Assembly (NCBI GenBank): GCA_031381685.1
Contig: JANMYF010000370.1
Span: 1-56,134, forward strand
Reading direction: 5' to 3'
DNA: 56,134 nucleotides
Source: Acidimicrobiia bacterium
GTDB taxonomy: Bacteria; Actinomycetota; Acidimicrobiia; Acidimicrobiales; JANYDT01
Under the pieces are notes generated by a model. It did no database searches and was not told where the DNA came from. It worked only from the letters and a program-made list of their open reading frames with translations. Shown here in pieces: positions 9,925 through 18,639 of this stretch. The stretch's first letter is position 1, and each line of letters begins with the position of its first letter. A program made the position numbers and the translations under genes.

Positions 9925-11352
9925 GTGACCGAAGAGCCGTCGGCACTTGCGCCGCTCGCCGAGTCGCTGCGGACCTACGCGCGGGGCGAGGTGGCGTCGT
10001 TCCACATGCCCGGGCACAAGCAGCATCCACCTTCGGTTCTCGCCGAGTCGACGCTCGGCTCGGAGATCTGGCATCACGACGTGAGCGAGATGGGCGGCTT
10101 CGATTACCTGCACGCGCCCTCGGCGGCGATGGCCGCGGCCCAGGACGCAGCGGCGGCGACATTCGGTGCCGGACGAACGTTCTTCCTCGTCGGCGGATCG
10201 ACCGTGGGCAACCTGGCGGCGTTCGTTGCCCACGCCGGCGATGGCGACCACGTCGCCGTCCTGCGCGGCTCGCATCGCAGTGTCTACGCCGGGATCGTGC
10301 TCAGCGGCGCCGTGCCGCACTACCTGCCGGTGGCCCACGATGCCGACGAGGACGGGTGGTTTCTCGCCGATCCCGCGGCGAATGCCGAGCTGCCGGACCG
10401 TCTCGCCATCGTGCACGTGACGCGTCCCAACTACTACGGCATGGCGTGCGACCTTGCTCCGTATCGGACGCTGGCCGACCTCACCGGCGCCGTGCTCGTG
10501 GTCGACGAGGCGCACGGCTCACACTTCGGCTTTCACCCCGCATTCCCCTTGTCGGCTTTGGCCGAGGGTGCGGACATCGTCATCCAGTCGACCCACAAGA
10601 CGCTGCGTGCGCTCACCCAGGCATCCATGCTCCACGTTCGCGACGGTTTCGATGCCGCGCGTCTGGAACGGGCCCTGCCGATGCTCCAGTCGTCTTCTCC
10701 GTCGGCGTTGCTCACGGTGTCGCTCGACATGGCCCGGGCCGAACTCGACCAGTCGGCCGGCGATCTCTTTGCCGGGCTCGATGCGCTCGCCGCATCGGCC
10801 CGAAGAGCCATCAGCGCTCTGGACGGGTTCCGTGTCGTCGACCTGCGGCGTGATGGGGTTTCGGCCGACCCGGCCAAATTGGTTATCGACGTATCTGGTC
10901 GCGGATGGAGCGGCTTCGCGGCGTCGAAGTGGCTCCGCGAGAACGCCCGGATCTGGATCGAGCTCGCCGACTTCCGCCGAATCGTCTGTTCACTTACCTT
11001 TGGCGACACCGAGACGTCTCTCAAGCTTCTCCTCTCGGCGCTCGGTCGACTCCACGCGGCGCAGGCCCCTTCGCGCCCGTCCTCGGCCCTCAGCGCGTTG
11101 CCGATCCCAACGCAGAGCGTTGCCCCACGGATCGCGCTCAGCGCCGAGGTCGACACCGTCTCCGCCGACGACGCTCGTGATCGTACGTGCGCGGAGTACC
11201 TGATCCCCTACCCGCCGGGTATTCCCCTGGTCGTGCCGGGCGAGCAACTGACCCATGAGGTGCTCGCCGCTCTTCAGGCGTTCCGAGCGGCCGGATCGAC
11301 CATCGTCGGACCTCATGACACGACGGGCTCGACCATCCGGGTGACCCGCTGA
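9925..11352 (+). CDS. PLP-dependent Orn/Lys/Arg decarboxylase (wingless type)
   Basis: FHMPGHK, PNYYG, VDEAHG, QSTHKTL (PLP lysine), QSSSPS and PYPPGIP. Confidence 0.88.
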   Translation: MTEEPSALAPLAESLRTYARGEVASFHMPGHKQHPPSVLAESTLGSEIWHHDVSEMGGFDYLHAPSAAMAAAQDAAAATFGAGRTFFLVGGSTVGNLAAFVAHAGDGDHVAVLRGSHRSVYAGIVLSGAVPHYLPVAHDADEDGWFLADPAANAELPDRLAIVHVTRPNYYGMACDLAPYRTLADLTGAVLVVDEAHGSHFGFHPAFPLSALAEGADIVIQSTHKTLRALTQASMLHVRDGFDAARLERALPMLQSSSPSALLTVSLDMARAELDQSAGDLFAGLDALAASARRAISALDGFRVVDLRRDGVSADPAKLVIDVSGRGWSGFAASKWLRENARIWIELADFRRIVCSLTFGDTETSLKLLLSALGRLHAAQAPSRPSSALSALPIPTQSVAPRIALSAEVDTVSADDARDRTCAEYLIPYPPGIPLVVPGEQLTHEVLAALQAFRAAGSTIVGPHDTTGSTIRVTR

Positions 11353-11373
11353 CCATCTCCCTGACACAAGGCG

Positions 11374-11997
11374 CTAAGCGCGCTGGTGATTCCAGAGGCG
11401 AAGCACCCGGCGCCCCTTGCGGCCTTCGACCAGAGCGACCGACGCTGTGCCGTTGTCGAGTCCCTCGGCGGTGTCGACCGGCCAACCGACGGCCCGGCTC
11501 ACCAGCGCCCGGCTGAGATGTCCGTGGCAGACGACGACCACAGCACGATCTTCCGTCAAGGCCTTCCCCTCCGCCTCCGCATCAAGGTCGCCGAGGAAGG
11601 CATCGCACCGCGATGCGACGTCGGCCGGCGACTCGCCGTCCGGACACCCGTCGCGCCACAGCTTCCACGACGGGTCTCGGGCAAGGATCTCGTCGGCGAG
11701 CAGTCCTTCGTAGGCGCCGTAGTCGAACTCGGCCAGCCGATCGTCGATCACCGGCGAGACGCCGAATGTCGACAGCGCAAGCTCGGCGGTAGCCAGTGCA
11801 CGCCGGCGAGGACTCGAGAAGACAAGACCGACACTTCGCCCGTCGAGGACTTCGACGATCACCGCGGCAGCAGCGCGGGCCTGCTCTCGGCCCAGATCAG
11901 TGAGATCCAGATCCGTACGGCCCGTGTGGCGGCCGAGCCGTGACCACTCGGTCTCTCCATGGCGCACGACGATCAGGGGACCGAGAAAGGTGGACAC
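11374..11997 (-). CDS. Histidine phosphatase (phosphoglycerate mutase-like) family
   Basis: RHGETEWS, SSPRRRA, EFDYG, GES and CHG. Confidence 0.9.
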   Translation of the reverse strand: MSTFLGPLIVVRHGETEWSRLGRHTGRTDLDLTDLGREQARAAAAVIVEVLDGRSVGLVFSSPRRRALATAELALSTFGVSPVIDDRLAEFDYGAYEGLLADEILARDPSWKLWRDGCPDGESPADVASRCDAFLGDLDAEAEGKALTEDRAVVVVCHGHLSRALVSRAVGWPVDTAEGLDNGTASVALVEGRKGRRVLRLWNHQRA

Positions 11998-12081
11998 GAG
12001 GGGATCACCGTACCGGCAGGGGTGGCGGTCAGCGTCTGACGCGGTTGGGGCGCCGTCGCGGCGACGAGCGGCCGAGTCTCG

Positions 12082-12336
12082 TCAGAGCAGCCACTGCACC
12101 ATCTGGACGACCCGCCAACCGAGATAGATCGCCACGCAGACCACCGCCACCTTGAAATGCCAAGGGGCTTTCGGGGCCTCGCCCTCGGTCTCCCCCGGAG
12201 CCGGCACGCCGAGGGATCGGGCTTCCATGCGAAGGGCGCCCCGGGTAGCCAAGACGGTCTTGCACTGCGGGCAGGCACCGTACTTCTCCATGGCGTTCGG
12301 CGCCCAGTACTTCGCACAGGCGTCACACCAGGGCAT
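12082..12336 (-). CDS. Small zinc-ribbon protein with a C-terminal TM helix
   Basis: CDAC...CPQC followed by PWHFK and a hydrophobic C-terminus. Starts 3 bp after the upstream gene. Confidence 0.7.
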   Translation of the reverse strand: MPWCDACAKYWAPNAMEKYGACPQCKTVLATRGALRMEARSLGVPAPGETEGEAPKAPWHFKVAVVCVAIYLGWRVVQMVQWLL

Positions 12337-12339
12337 GAC

Positions 12340-13248
12340 TCATCCCTCCGAGAGCCGGGGCCCGGCTGCGGCAACCCGGGACGGCACCGACCGGCCGACG
12401 ATCGACGCCGTGAGCTTCGACGCCGCGAGCAGACGGCCAAGGTCGATTCCGGTGGCCACGCCAAGATCGTCGCACAGGTACACGAGGTCCTCGGTCGCCA
12501 GGTTCCCCGCCGCCCCGGCGGCGAACGGCGAGCCGCCCAGCCCGCCGACCGACGTATCGAAGCGACGCACGCCGAGCTGCATCGCCGCGTACGCATTGAC
12601 CAGGCCGGTCCCTCGTGTCTCATGCAGGTGCACGCCCACCCCGGCGCGGGCCGAGGCACTCAGCGCGCATACAACGTCGCTGACCCGCCGCGGGGTCGCC
12701 ATGCCCGTGGTGTCGGCGAGGGTCACGCACGTCGCTCCGACGCCAAGTACCCGGTCCGCCAGACGGGCCACCTCGGCAACACCGATCTCGCCTTCGTAGG
12801 GGGACCCGAAGGAACACGACAGAACCACATCGATCGGCACCGAGCCGGCGACGAATGACGCGATCGACTCGACGGACGAAACCGCTTCGTCGATCGTCAT
12901 CTTCGTGTTCTTCTCCGAATACGCCGGGCTCGCCGAGATCGTCACCGACAACTCGTCGACCCCGGCGTCCATCGCCATCTGCGCACCGCGAAGATTCGGC
13001 ACCAGCGCGGTACGCCGGATCCCATCGCGCACCCCGACCCCGCTGACGACCTCGGCCGCGCCGGCCATCGACGGCACCGCCTTGGGCGAGACGAACGAGC
13101 ACAGTTCGATGCGCGTCACGCCGGCGTCGATGAGCGCGTCGATGAGGCGGACGCGATCTGCGACATCGACGGGGGCCTCCGCCTGCAGACCGTCACGCGG
13201 ACCGACGTCGCGGATCTGGACCGATTCCGGTAGCGACATCGGCATCAT
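12340..13248 (-). CDS. Hydroxymethylglutaryl-CoA lyase
   Basis: DVGPRDGLQ, FVSPKAVP, LADTTG, HLHETRG, GGLGGSPFA and GNLATEDLV. Confidence 0.92.
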   Translation of the reverse strand: MMPMSLPESVQIRDVGPRDGLQAEAPVDVADRVRLIDALIDAGVTRIELCSFVSPKAVPSMAGAAEVVSGVGVRDGIRRTALVPNLRGAQMAMDAGVDELSVTISASPAYSEKNTKMTIDEAVSSVESIASFVAGSVPIDVVLSCSFGSPYEGEIGVAEVARLADRVLGVGATCVTLADTTGMATPRRVSDVVCALSASARAGVGVHLHETRGTGLVNAYAAMQLGVRRFDTSVGGLGGSPFAAGAAGNLATEDLVYLCDDLGVATGIDLGRLLAASKLTASIVGRSVPSRVAAAGPRLSEG

Positions 13249-13251
13249 GGC

Positions 13252-14775
13252 TCAGACCGGTGGGACGCCATGACGTTTCTCGACCGTGACCCTCGGCTTG
13301 TTGACCGCACGCGAGAGACGAGCCCGGAGGTCGGCACGCAACGCTTCGGGCTCGACGATGGCATCGATGACCAACTCCGATGCCAACCGCAGGAGGTCGA
13401 CGTCTTGCTCGTACTCGGCCCGCTTCGCCATCACGAACGCCTCACGTTCCGAAGAGTCCTCGATCTCGGCGATCTTGTTCGCGTACACCGCGTTCACCGC
13501 CGGCTCGGGCCCCATCACCGCGATCTTCGCCATCGGGAGGGCGATGGTCGCCTCCGGCTCGAACGCCGGACCACACATCGCGTACAGCCCCGCCCCGTAG
13601 GCCTTGCGGACGATCACGCACACCTTGGGCACCGTGGCCTCGGAGATCGCCGTGATCATCTTCGCCCCGTGACGGATGATTCCGACCCGTTCGACCGCGG
13701 TGCCGACCATGAAGCCCGGAACATCGGACAGGAACACCAGCGGGATGTTGAACGCATCGCACAACCACACGAAGCGCGCCGCCTTGTCGGCGGAATCGTG
13801 GAACAGCACACCGCCCTTCTGCATCGGGTTGTTCGCGACGAAGCCCGTCACGGCGCCGCCGAGGCGCCCGAATCCGATCACCAGCTCCTTCGCGAACAGC
13901 GGCTTGGCCTCCATCCACGATCCTTCATCGACAAGCGCGCGTATGACCTTGCGCATGTCGTAGGCCTTTCGGTCCTCGAGCGGGATCATCGACGACGTGA
14001 GCGGGGTGACCGGTTCGACGTTCGCGACCGACGCAGGACGGGCGCGCCAGTTGTCGGGCATGTACGAGAACCACTGCTTGGCGATGGCGATGGCCTCGGC
14101 ATCGTCCTTGGCGAGGAAGTCGCCACACCCGCTCGTGGTCACGTGCATACGGGCGCCACCCATTTCTTCGAGCGTGGTGATCTCTCCCGTCACCATCTCG
14201 ACCATCCGGGGCGAACCGAGGTACATCGAGGCGTTGCCCTCGACCATCACGACGACGTCGCAGAACGACGGTATGTACGCGCCACCGGCGGCCGACGGAC
14301 CGAAGAGGCAGCAGATCTGCGGGACCTTTCCCGACAGCATCACTTCGTTGTAGAAGATGCGCCCCGCCCCGCGGCGGCCAGGGAACAGCTCGACCTGATC
14401 GGTGATGCGGGCGCCGGCGGAGTCGACGAGATAGAAGACCGGGAACTCGTTGGCCAGTGCGTGCTCGGTGAGCCGGATCATCTTCTCGACGGTGCGAGCG
14501 CCCCACGAGCCGGCCTTCACCGTCGGATCGTTCGCCAGGACGCAGACGACTCGGCCTTCGATCGTGGCCGTCCCGGTCACAACGCCGTCAGCGGGAAGGT
14601 CTCCGGTAGGCGCGCTGGCGTTGGCGAGCAGCCCATCCTCCACGAACGAGCCTTCGTCGACGAGGAGCGCGATGCGGTCCCGGACGAAGAGCTTGTTCTG
14701 GCGGGCGAGTTTGGGTCCCTCCTTGGCGAGGTTGCCCTGCAGGGCGCGGGCCGAAGCGGCAGCGAGATCAGTCAC
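13252..14775 (-). CDS. Acyl-CoA carboxylase carboxyltransferase (beta) subunit
   Basis: ADGVVTG, DSAGARI, AGGAY, EEMGGA, DVPGFMVG, RKAYGAG and KRHGVPPV. Confidence 0.93.
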   Translation of the reverse strand: MTDLAAASARALQGNLAKEGPKLARQNKLFVRDRIALLVDEGSFVEDGLLANASAPTGDLPADGVVTGTATIEGRVVCVLANDPTVKAGSWGARTVEKMIRLTEHALANEFPVFYLVDSAGARITDQVELFPGRRGAGRIFYNEVMLSGKVPQICCLFGPSAAGGAYIPSFCDVVVMVEGNASMYLGSPRMVEMVTGEITTLEEMGGARMHVTTSGCGDFLAKDDAEAIAIAKQWFSYMPDNWRARPASVANVEPVTPLTSSMIPLEDRKAYDMRKVIRALVDEGSWMEAKPLFAKELVIGFGRLGGAVTGFVANNPMQKGGVLFHDSADKAARFVWLCDAFNIPLVFLSDVPGFMVGTAVERVGIIRHGAKMITAISEATVPKVCVIVRKAYGAGLYAMCGPAFEPEATIALPMAKIAVMGPEPAVNAVYANKIAEIEDSSEREAFVMAKRAEYEQDVDLLRLASELVIDAIVEPEALRADLRARLSRAVNKPRVTVEKRHGVPPV

Positions 14776-14790
14776 CGCTTCAGTTTCGCA

Positions 14791-15300
14791 TCAGTCCTTC
14801 TTGTCGACGGCGTCCTTGGCATCAGCGGCCGCGGACTTGGCATTGTCGCCGATCTGGCCGGCCATTCCCGACATCTGCGCCTTGAGCTCATCCATCTTGC
14901 CGCCGCCCTCAATGAACTTCAGGTAGCCGCCGAACGCGACACCGGCACCGGCGATAACGGCGAGGAACAGACCGAAGGCCCGCGAGATGGGACCGTCTTC
15001 CCCGATGAGGAGCTTGAGGAAGGGGAACAGGAAGGTGCACGCACCGCCGGCGAGGAACAGCGCCGGGATCTGCGGCGGCAACTTGACGGCACTGAACAAC
15101 CGCAGTCCGATCCAGACCATCATGCCGAGAGTGAGGAAGAACGGCAGCCCGGCCCACAGGAAGCCGACGTCCCATCCGTTGGCAGAGGCCGAGAAGCCAA
15201 AGGCTTTAACCTCGAACCACGGCAGGAACGTGGAGATGAGGAACAGCAGTCCGGCACCCCCGAGAACCTTGTCGCCGTTGCTGAGCTTGCTGAAATCCAT
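14791..15300 (-). CDS. Hypothetical 4-TM membrane protein
   Basis: Four hydrophobic helices with FLPWF. SD GGAGG upstream of the ATG. Confidence 0.75.
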   Translation of the reverse strand: MDFSKLSNGDKVLGGAGLLFLISTFLPWFEVKAFGFSASANGWDVGFLWAGLPFFLTLGMMVWIGLRLFSAVKLPPQIPALFLAGGACTFLFPFLKLLIGEDGPISRAFGLFLAVIAGAGVAFGGYLKFIEGGGKMDELKAQMSGMAGQIGDNAKSAAADAKDAVDKKD

Positions 15301-15365
15301 CGTGACCGACCTCCGTCGAAGTTGAACAGGAAACGCGTGGCTACGCGACGGTAGTCGGTGGATCG

Positions 15366-15437
15366 GTTGGGAGAGAGGTTGCCCCCAGATATTGGGGCCA
15401 AACGCCTCCTAACGCCGTTAGGAGGCGTTTGGCAGCA
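15366..15437 (-). repeat. 72-bp double-hairpin REP-like repeat, copy 1 (inverted relative to copies 2 and 3)
   Basis: Contains a perfect 18-1-18 inverted repeat (15397-15433) and a CCCCA/TGGGG hairpin. Its reverse complement matches copy 3 at 62/72 positions by manual alignment. Confidence 0.9.
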
Positions 15438-15453
15438 TCCCGTCGACGCCGCC

Positions 15454-15566
15454 CCGTCCGCGCCGCCCTCGCCGCCCTCTCCGGTCCGCCCTCGCCGCCC
15501 GCTCCGTCCGCTCCGTCCGCTCTGCCCTCGCCGCCCGCTCCGCCCTCGCCGTCCGCACCGCCTGCG
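15454..15566. repeat. Degenerate 9-bp tandem repeat (CCGCCCTCG/CCGTCCGCT-like, about 12 units)
   Basis: 9-mer periodicity read directly, with one 5-bp interruption at 15481-15485. Confidence 0.8.
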
Positions 15567-15784
15567 GCCCGGCGACAGATCTCACGAACATCGACGTCCC
15601 GACAACGGCTCGCCATCTCCACGTTGACCCCACCGCTCGACGCCGCCCTGAGCCCGGTGGAGCAATACGCGCCGGAGCGCCGCCGTCGAGGGTGCCCCGG
15701 CCGATCGGCGCGCCAATACGCCGCACCGTCGACCATCCTCGAACGCCCGGCGATTTCGCGCACGGACATCGACATCATGGCGAC

Positions 15785-16783
15785 ATGGAAAGGATCAACT
15801 ACCACGCCGACCGCCTCTTCAATGACCTGGCTGCAGCCCAGAACGGAGCCGTCGCCCGGTCGCAGCTCCTCGAGGCCGGTGTCGCGGCCCACACCGTGGA
15901 CCGGCGCCTCGCCGCGGGAGTCTGGCGCACCGTCGCCCCAGCCGTCTTGACGGCGGCATCCGTCGAACCCACGTGGCGAACGCTGGCGACGGCGGCGCTG
16001 CTCGAAGCCCATCAGGACGCCGTTCTGGCCGGACGGACGGCGCTCGCCATGCACGGACTCGACGTCGCCCTTCACCCCGATCAACCTCCGACGTTGCTGG
16101 TGCCGCACACCAAGACCCACGAGAGCGCCATTGCCGAGATCCGTCAGGTCAAGCACTGGCCGGACGACGAGATCGAGACTCTCCGGCCGGCCCTTACCGT
16201 TCGGGGCGCGTCGTTGGTGCGGGCCACCAGTCCTGCGCGTTCTCTCGTCGACCTCAGCGTGTGGACACCGCCGTCGCAGTGGGACCAGTTCGAGCGGATT
16301 CTCGACGCCGCCCATCGACGCCGGATCGCGTCGTACGACGACGTCCTGCGCAGCCTGGATCAGGCTCGACTGCTACGCCGACGAGGTCTGCGACGTCTCG
16401 CCGCGCTCATGGCGACGCGAGCCGGGCGACAGATGATCCACGCAGCGAGCGAACTCGAAGCCCTCGCCCGCCGTCGGTTCGAGCGCTACGGGGTCGGATC
16501 ACTCGTTGAGTTCGAGGTGGCGCACCCTGCGTTTCCCGGGACGATCAGGCGCGCCGACGCCGTCTGTCGGCCGACCAAGGTGATCTTCGAGTTCGATAGC
16601 CGCGCCTTTCATCTCCGCGATGCCCAGTTCGCCATGGACCGCGCCCGTGACGCACGGTCGGCCGAGCTCGGCTGGACGACCGTGCGCCTGACGTGGACCG
16701 ACTTCACCGTCAACGATGCCGCCACGCGGACGCGGGTGCGGCGCATGTGCGGGCTCGACGGCGGCCTCCGTCCGGCGGCGTAA
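15785..16783 (+). CDS. AbiEi-like N-terminal wHTH plus C-terminal DUF559/Vsr-like endonuclease-domain protein
   Basis: N-terminus LAAAQNGAVARSQLLEAGV..VDRRLAAGVW. C-terminus SELE...RRADAV...IFEFDSRAFH...DRARD...LGWTTVRLTW. ATG 15785 chosen. Confidence 0.82.
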   Translation: MERINYHADRLFNDLAAAQNGAVARSQLLEAGVAAHTVDRRLAAGVWRTVAPAVLTAASVEPTWRTLATAALLEAHQDAVLAGRTALAMHGLDVALHPDQPPTLLVPHTKTHESAIAEIRQVKHWPDDEIETLRPALTVRGASLVRATSPARSLVDLSVWTPPSQWDQFERILDAAHRRRIASYDDVLRSLDQARLLRRRGLRRLAALMATRAGRQMIHAASELEALARRRFERYGVGSLVEFEVAHPAFPGTIRRADAVCRPTKVIFEFDSRAFHLRDAQFAMDRARDARSAELGWTTVRLTWTDFTVNDAATRTRVRRMCGLDGGLRPAA

Positions 16784-16844
16784 TCAGCCGAGCGCCGGAT
16801 TCCCCCGTGCCCCCGGTGCGGACGTGCTCGCGAGGGGGCTCGGG

Positions 16845-16915
16845 TGCGGCTGAACACCTCCGAGCGGCATTGGGAGGTGTTCCGCCCCCATATCTGAGGG
16901 AATCTCTCTCCCAAT
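16845..16915 (+). repeat. Double-hairpin REP-like repeat, copy 2
   Basis: GAACACCTCC-N11-GGAGGTGTTC hairpin, then GCCCCCATATCTGAGGGAATCTCTCTCCCAA. Aligns to copies 1 and 3 with one gap. Confidence 0.85.
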
Positions 16916-16920
16916 GGCCG

Positions 16921-18492
16921 TTAGTTGATCCGGCGGGAGCGGCCCGCCCAGTACGGTTCGCGGAGATCCTTCTTGAGGACCTTGCCCGTCGGGTTGCGGG
17001 GCAGGACGTCGGTGAAGTCGACCGAGGTCGGGCACTTGTAGCCGGCCAGGAGACCCTTGGCGTGGGCGATGATCTCCGCCTCCGTCGCGGTCTGGTCCGG
17101 ACGCAGCACCACGACCGCCTTCACCGTCTCGCCCCACTTGTCGCTCGGCACACCGATGACGGCGACCTCGGCGATCGCCGGGAACGAGGCCAACGCGTTC
17201 TCGACCTCGGCGGGGTACACGTTCTCGCCACCCGACACGATCATGTCCTTCACCCGGTCGGTCAGGAAGAGGAATCCCTCCGCGTCGAGGTAGCCGGCAT
17301 CGCCCGTCTTCAACCAGCCGTCCTCGGTGATGGTCTTCGCCGTCTCGTCGGGATGGTTCCAGTACCCGACCATGTTCTGCGGGGAACGCGTCCACAGCTC
17401 ACCCACTTCGCCGGGGCCCTTCGTCTCGCCCGTCTCCGTGTCGACGATCTTCATCTCGACCCACGGATAGGGCTTGCCGGCGCTGCGCAGGAGATGGGCG
17501 CGGGGGCCACCCGGATCGTGATCTTCGGGGGAGAGTTCGGTGATGGCCCCGGTCGTCTCGGTCATCCCGTACACCTGGATGTGCGGGCACTTGAGGGTCG
17601 CCATGGAACCGATCAGCACTTCGTTGGTGATCGGCGAGGCGCCGTAGACCACCGACCGCATCGACGAGAAGTCCCGGTCCGACGCACCGGGCGTCATTGC
17701 CATGAACGCGAGAAGCGCCGGGACGTAGAACGCATTCGTAGCCCGCTCCTTCTCCATCAGCTCGAGCAGCACGTTCGGCATCGGGTCGCGCACGAGCAGG
17801 GTCGTGGCGCCGATGTACATGCCGGCCACCGCCCAACCCGAACCGCCGATGTGGAACAGCGGCATGGTGGCCACGTTCTTCGACGTCTCGTCCATGCCCC
17901 ACGGCCCGAGGACGTTGGCGACGAGCTGGAACAGGTTGTTGTTCGAGGTCATGACCCCCTTGGGCAGACCGGTCGTCCCCGAGGTGTACAGCTGGAACGC
18001 GATGTCGCCGGCAAGGGTCTCGGCCTTCGGATCCTCGGCGGGCCGGTTCGAGAGCCAGGTGTCGTAGCCGACCCACCGATCGTGAGTGCCCAGAGCGACG
18101 ATGGTCTTCACCGACGTGAAGTCCCCCTCGATCGACTCGACGGTGGCGAAGAAGTCCGCTCCGACGAACAACACCTTCGCCTCGGAATCGTTCACCGTGT
18201 AGAGGATCTCGGCGGGGGCGAGTCGCCAGTTGACGGAGACATCGACGATGTTGGCCTTCGAGCAGCCGAAGAGCACCTCGAAGTACTCGACCGAGTTCTT
18301 CTCCAGGAATGCCACCCGCTCCTGTGACGCCACGCCGGCGGCGGTGAGCGCCTGGGCCACCTGGCTCGAACGGCCGTCCATCTCGGCCCACGTGACGGTC
18401 CGGTCGCCGAACTTGATCATGGTGTCGTTCGGCTTCTCGGCGGCGTAGTGCCGGACGATGTCGGCGGTGCAGCGGAATGAGGACGGATCCAT
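16921..18492 (-). CDS. Long-chain fatty acid--CoA ligase (FadD family)
   Basis: YTSGTTGLPKG, PLFHIGG, YGMTE, TGD, DRVKDMIVSGGENVYP and PRNPTGK. Confidence 0.93.
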   Translation of the reverse strand: MDPSSFRCTADIVRHYAAEKPNDTMIKFGDRTVTWAEMDGRSSQVAQALTAAGVASQERVAFLEKNSVEYFEVLFGCSKANIVDVSVNWRLAPAEILYTVNDSEAKVLFVGADFFATVESIEGDFTSVKTIVALGTHDRWVGYDTWLSNRPAEDPKAETLAGDIAFQLYTSGTTGLPKGVMTSNNNLFQLVANVLGPWGMDETSKNVATMPLFHIGGSGWAVAGMYIGATTLLVRDPMPNVLLELMEKERATNAFYVPALLAFMAMTPGASDRDFSSMRSVVYGASPITNEVLIGSMATLKCPHIQVYGMTETTGAITELSPEDHDPGGPRAHLLRSAGKPYPWVEMKIVDTETGETKGPGEVGELWTRSPQNMVGYWNHPDETAKTITEDGWLKTGDAGYLDAEGFLFLTDRVKDMIVSGGENVYPAEVENALASFPAIAEVAVIGVPSDKWGETVKAVVVLRPDQTATEAEIIAHAKGLLAGYKCPTSVDFTDVLPRNPTGKVLKKDLREPYWAGRSRRIN

Positions 18493-18639
18493 TTCGAGAC
18501 TCCTATCGGGGGGCTGACGGACGGTGATTGTACGGGCTTCCGCCGGAGACGGAACAGAAACGCCCGAATTTTTCTTCTGGTGTCCGGGAGGTTTGGCGAG
18601 AAGTCGCACCTAGCGCCCGCCAGCGTGTGAACTGGGGGC

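Noticed and set aside
13270-15354. Long alternative-frame ORFs (694 aa here; also 3653-5395, 24771-26966, 38385-40121)
   Set aside because: These are antisense or shadow ORFs of well-supported genes, expected at this GC content, and carry no recognisable motifs.
15785-16783. AbiE type IV toxin-antitoxin pair
   Set aside because: No adjacent AbiEii nucleotidyltransferase gene. Only the wHTH-like N-terminus resembles AbiEi.
15366-16915. Classical insertion sequence with terminal inverted repeats
   Set aside because: The enclosed ORF has no DDE, HUH or recombinase motifs and no target-site duplication was found. Reported instead as a REP-like cassette.
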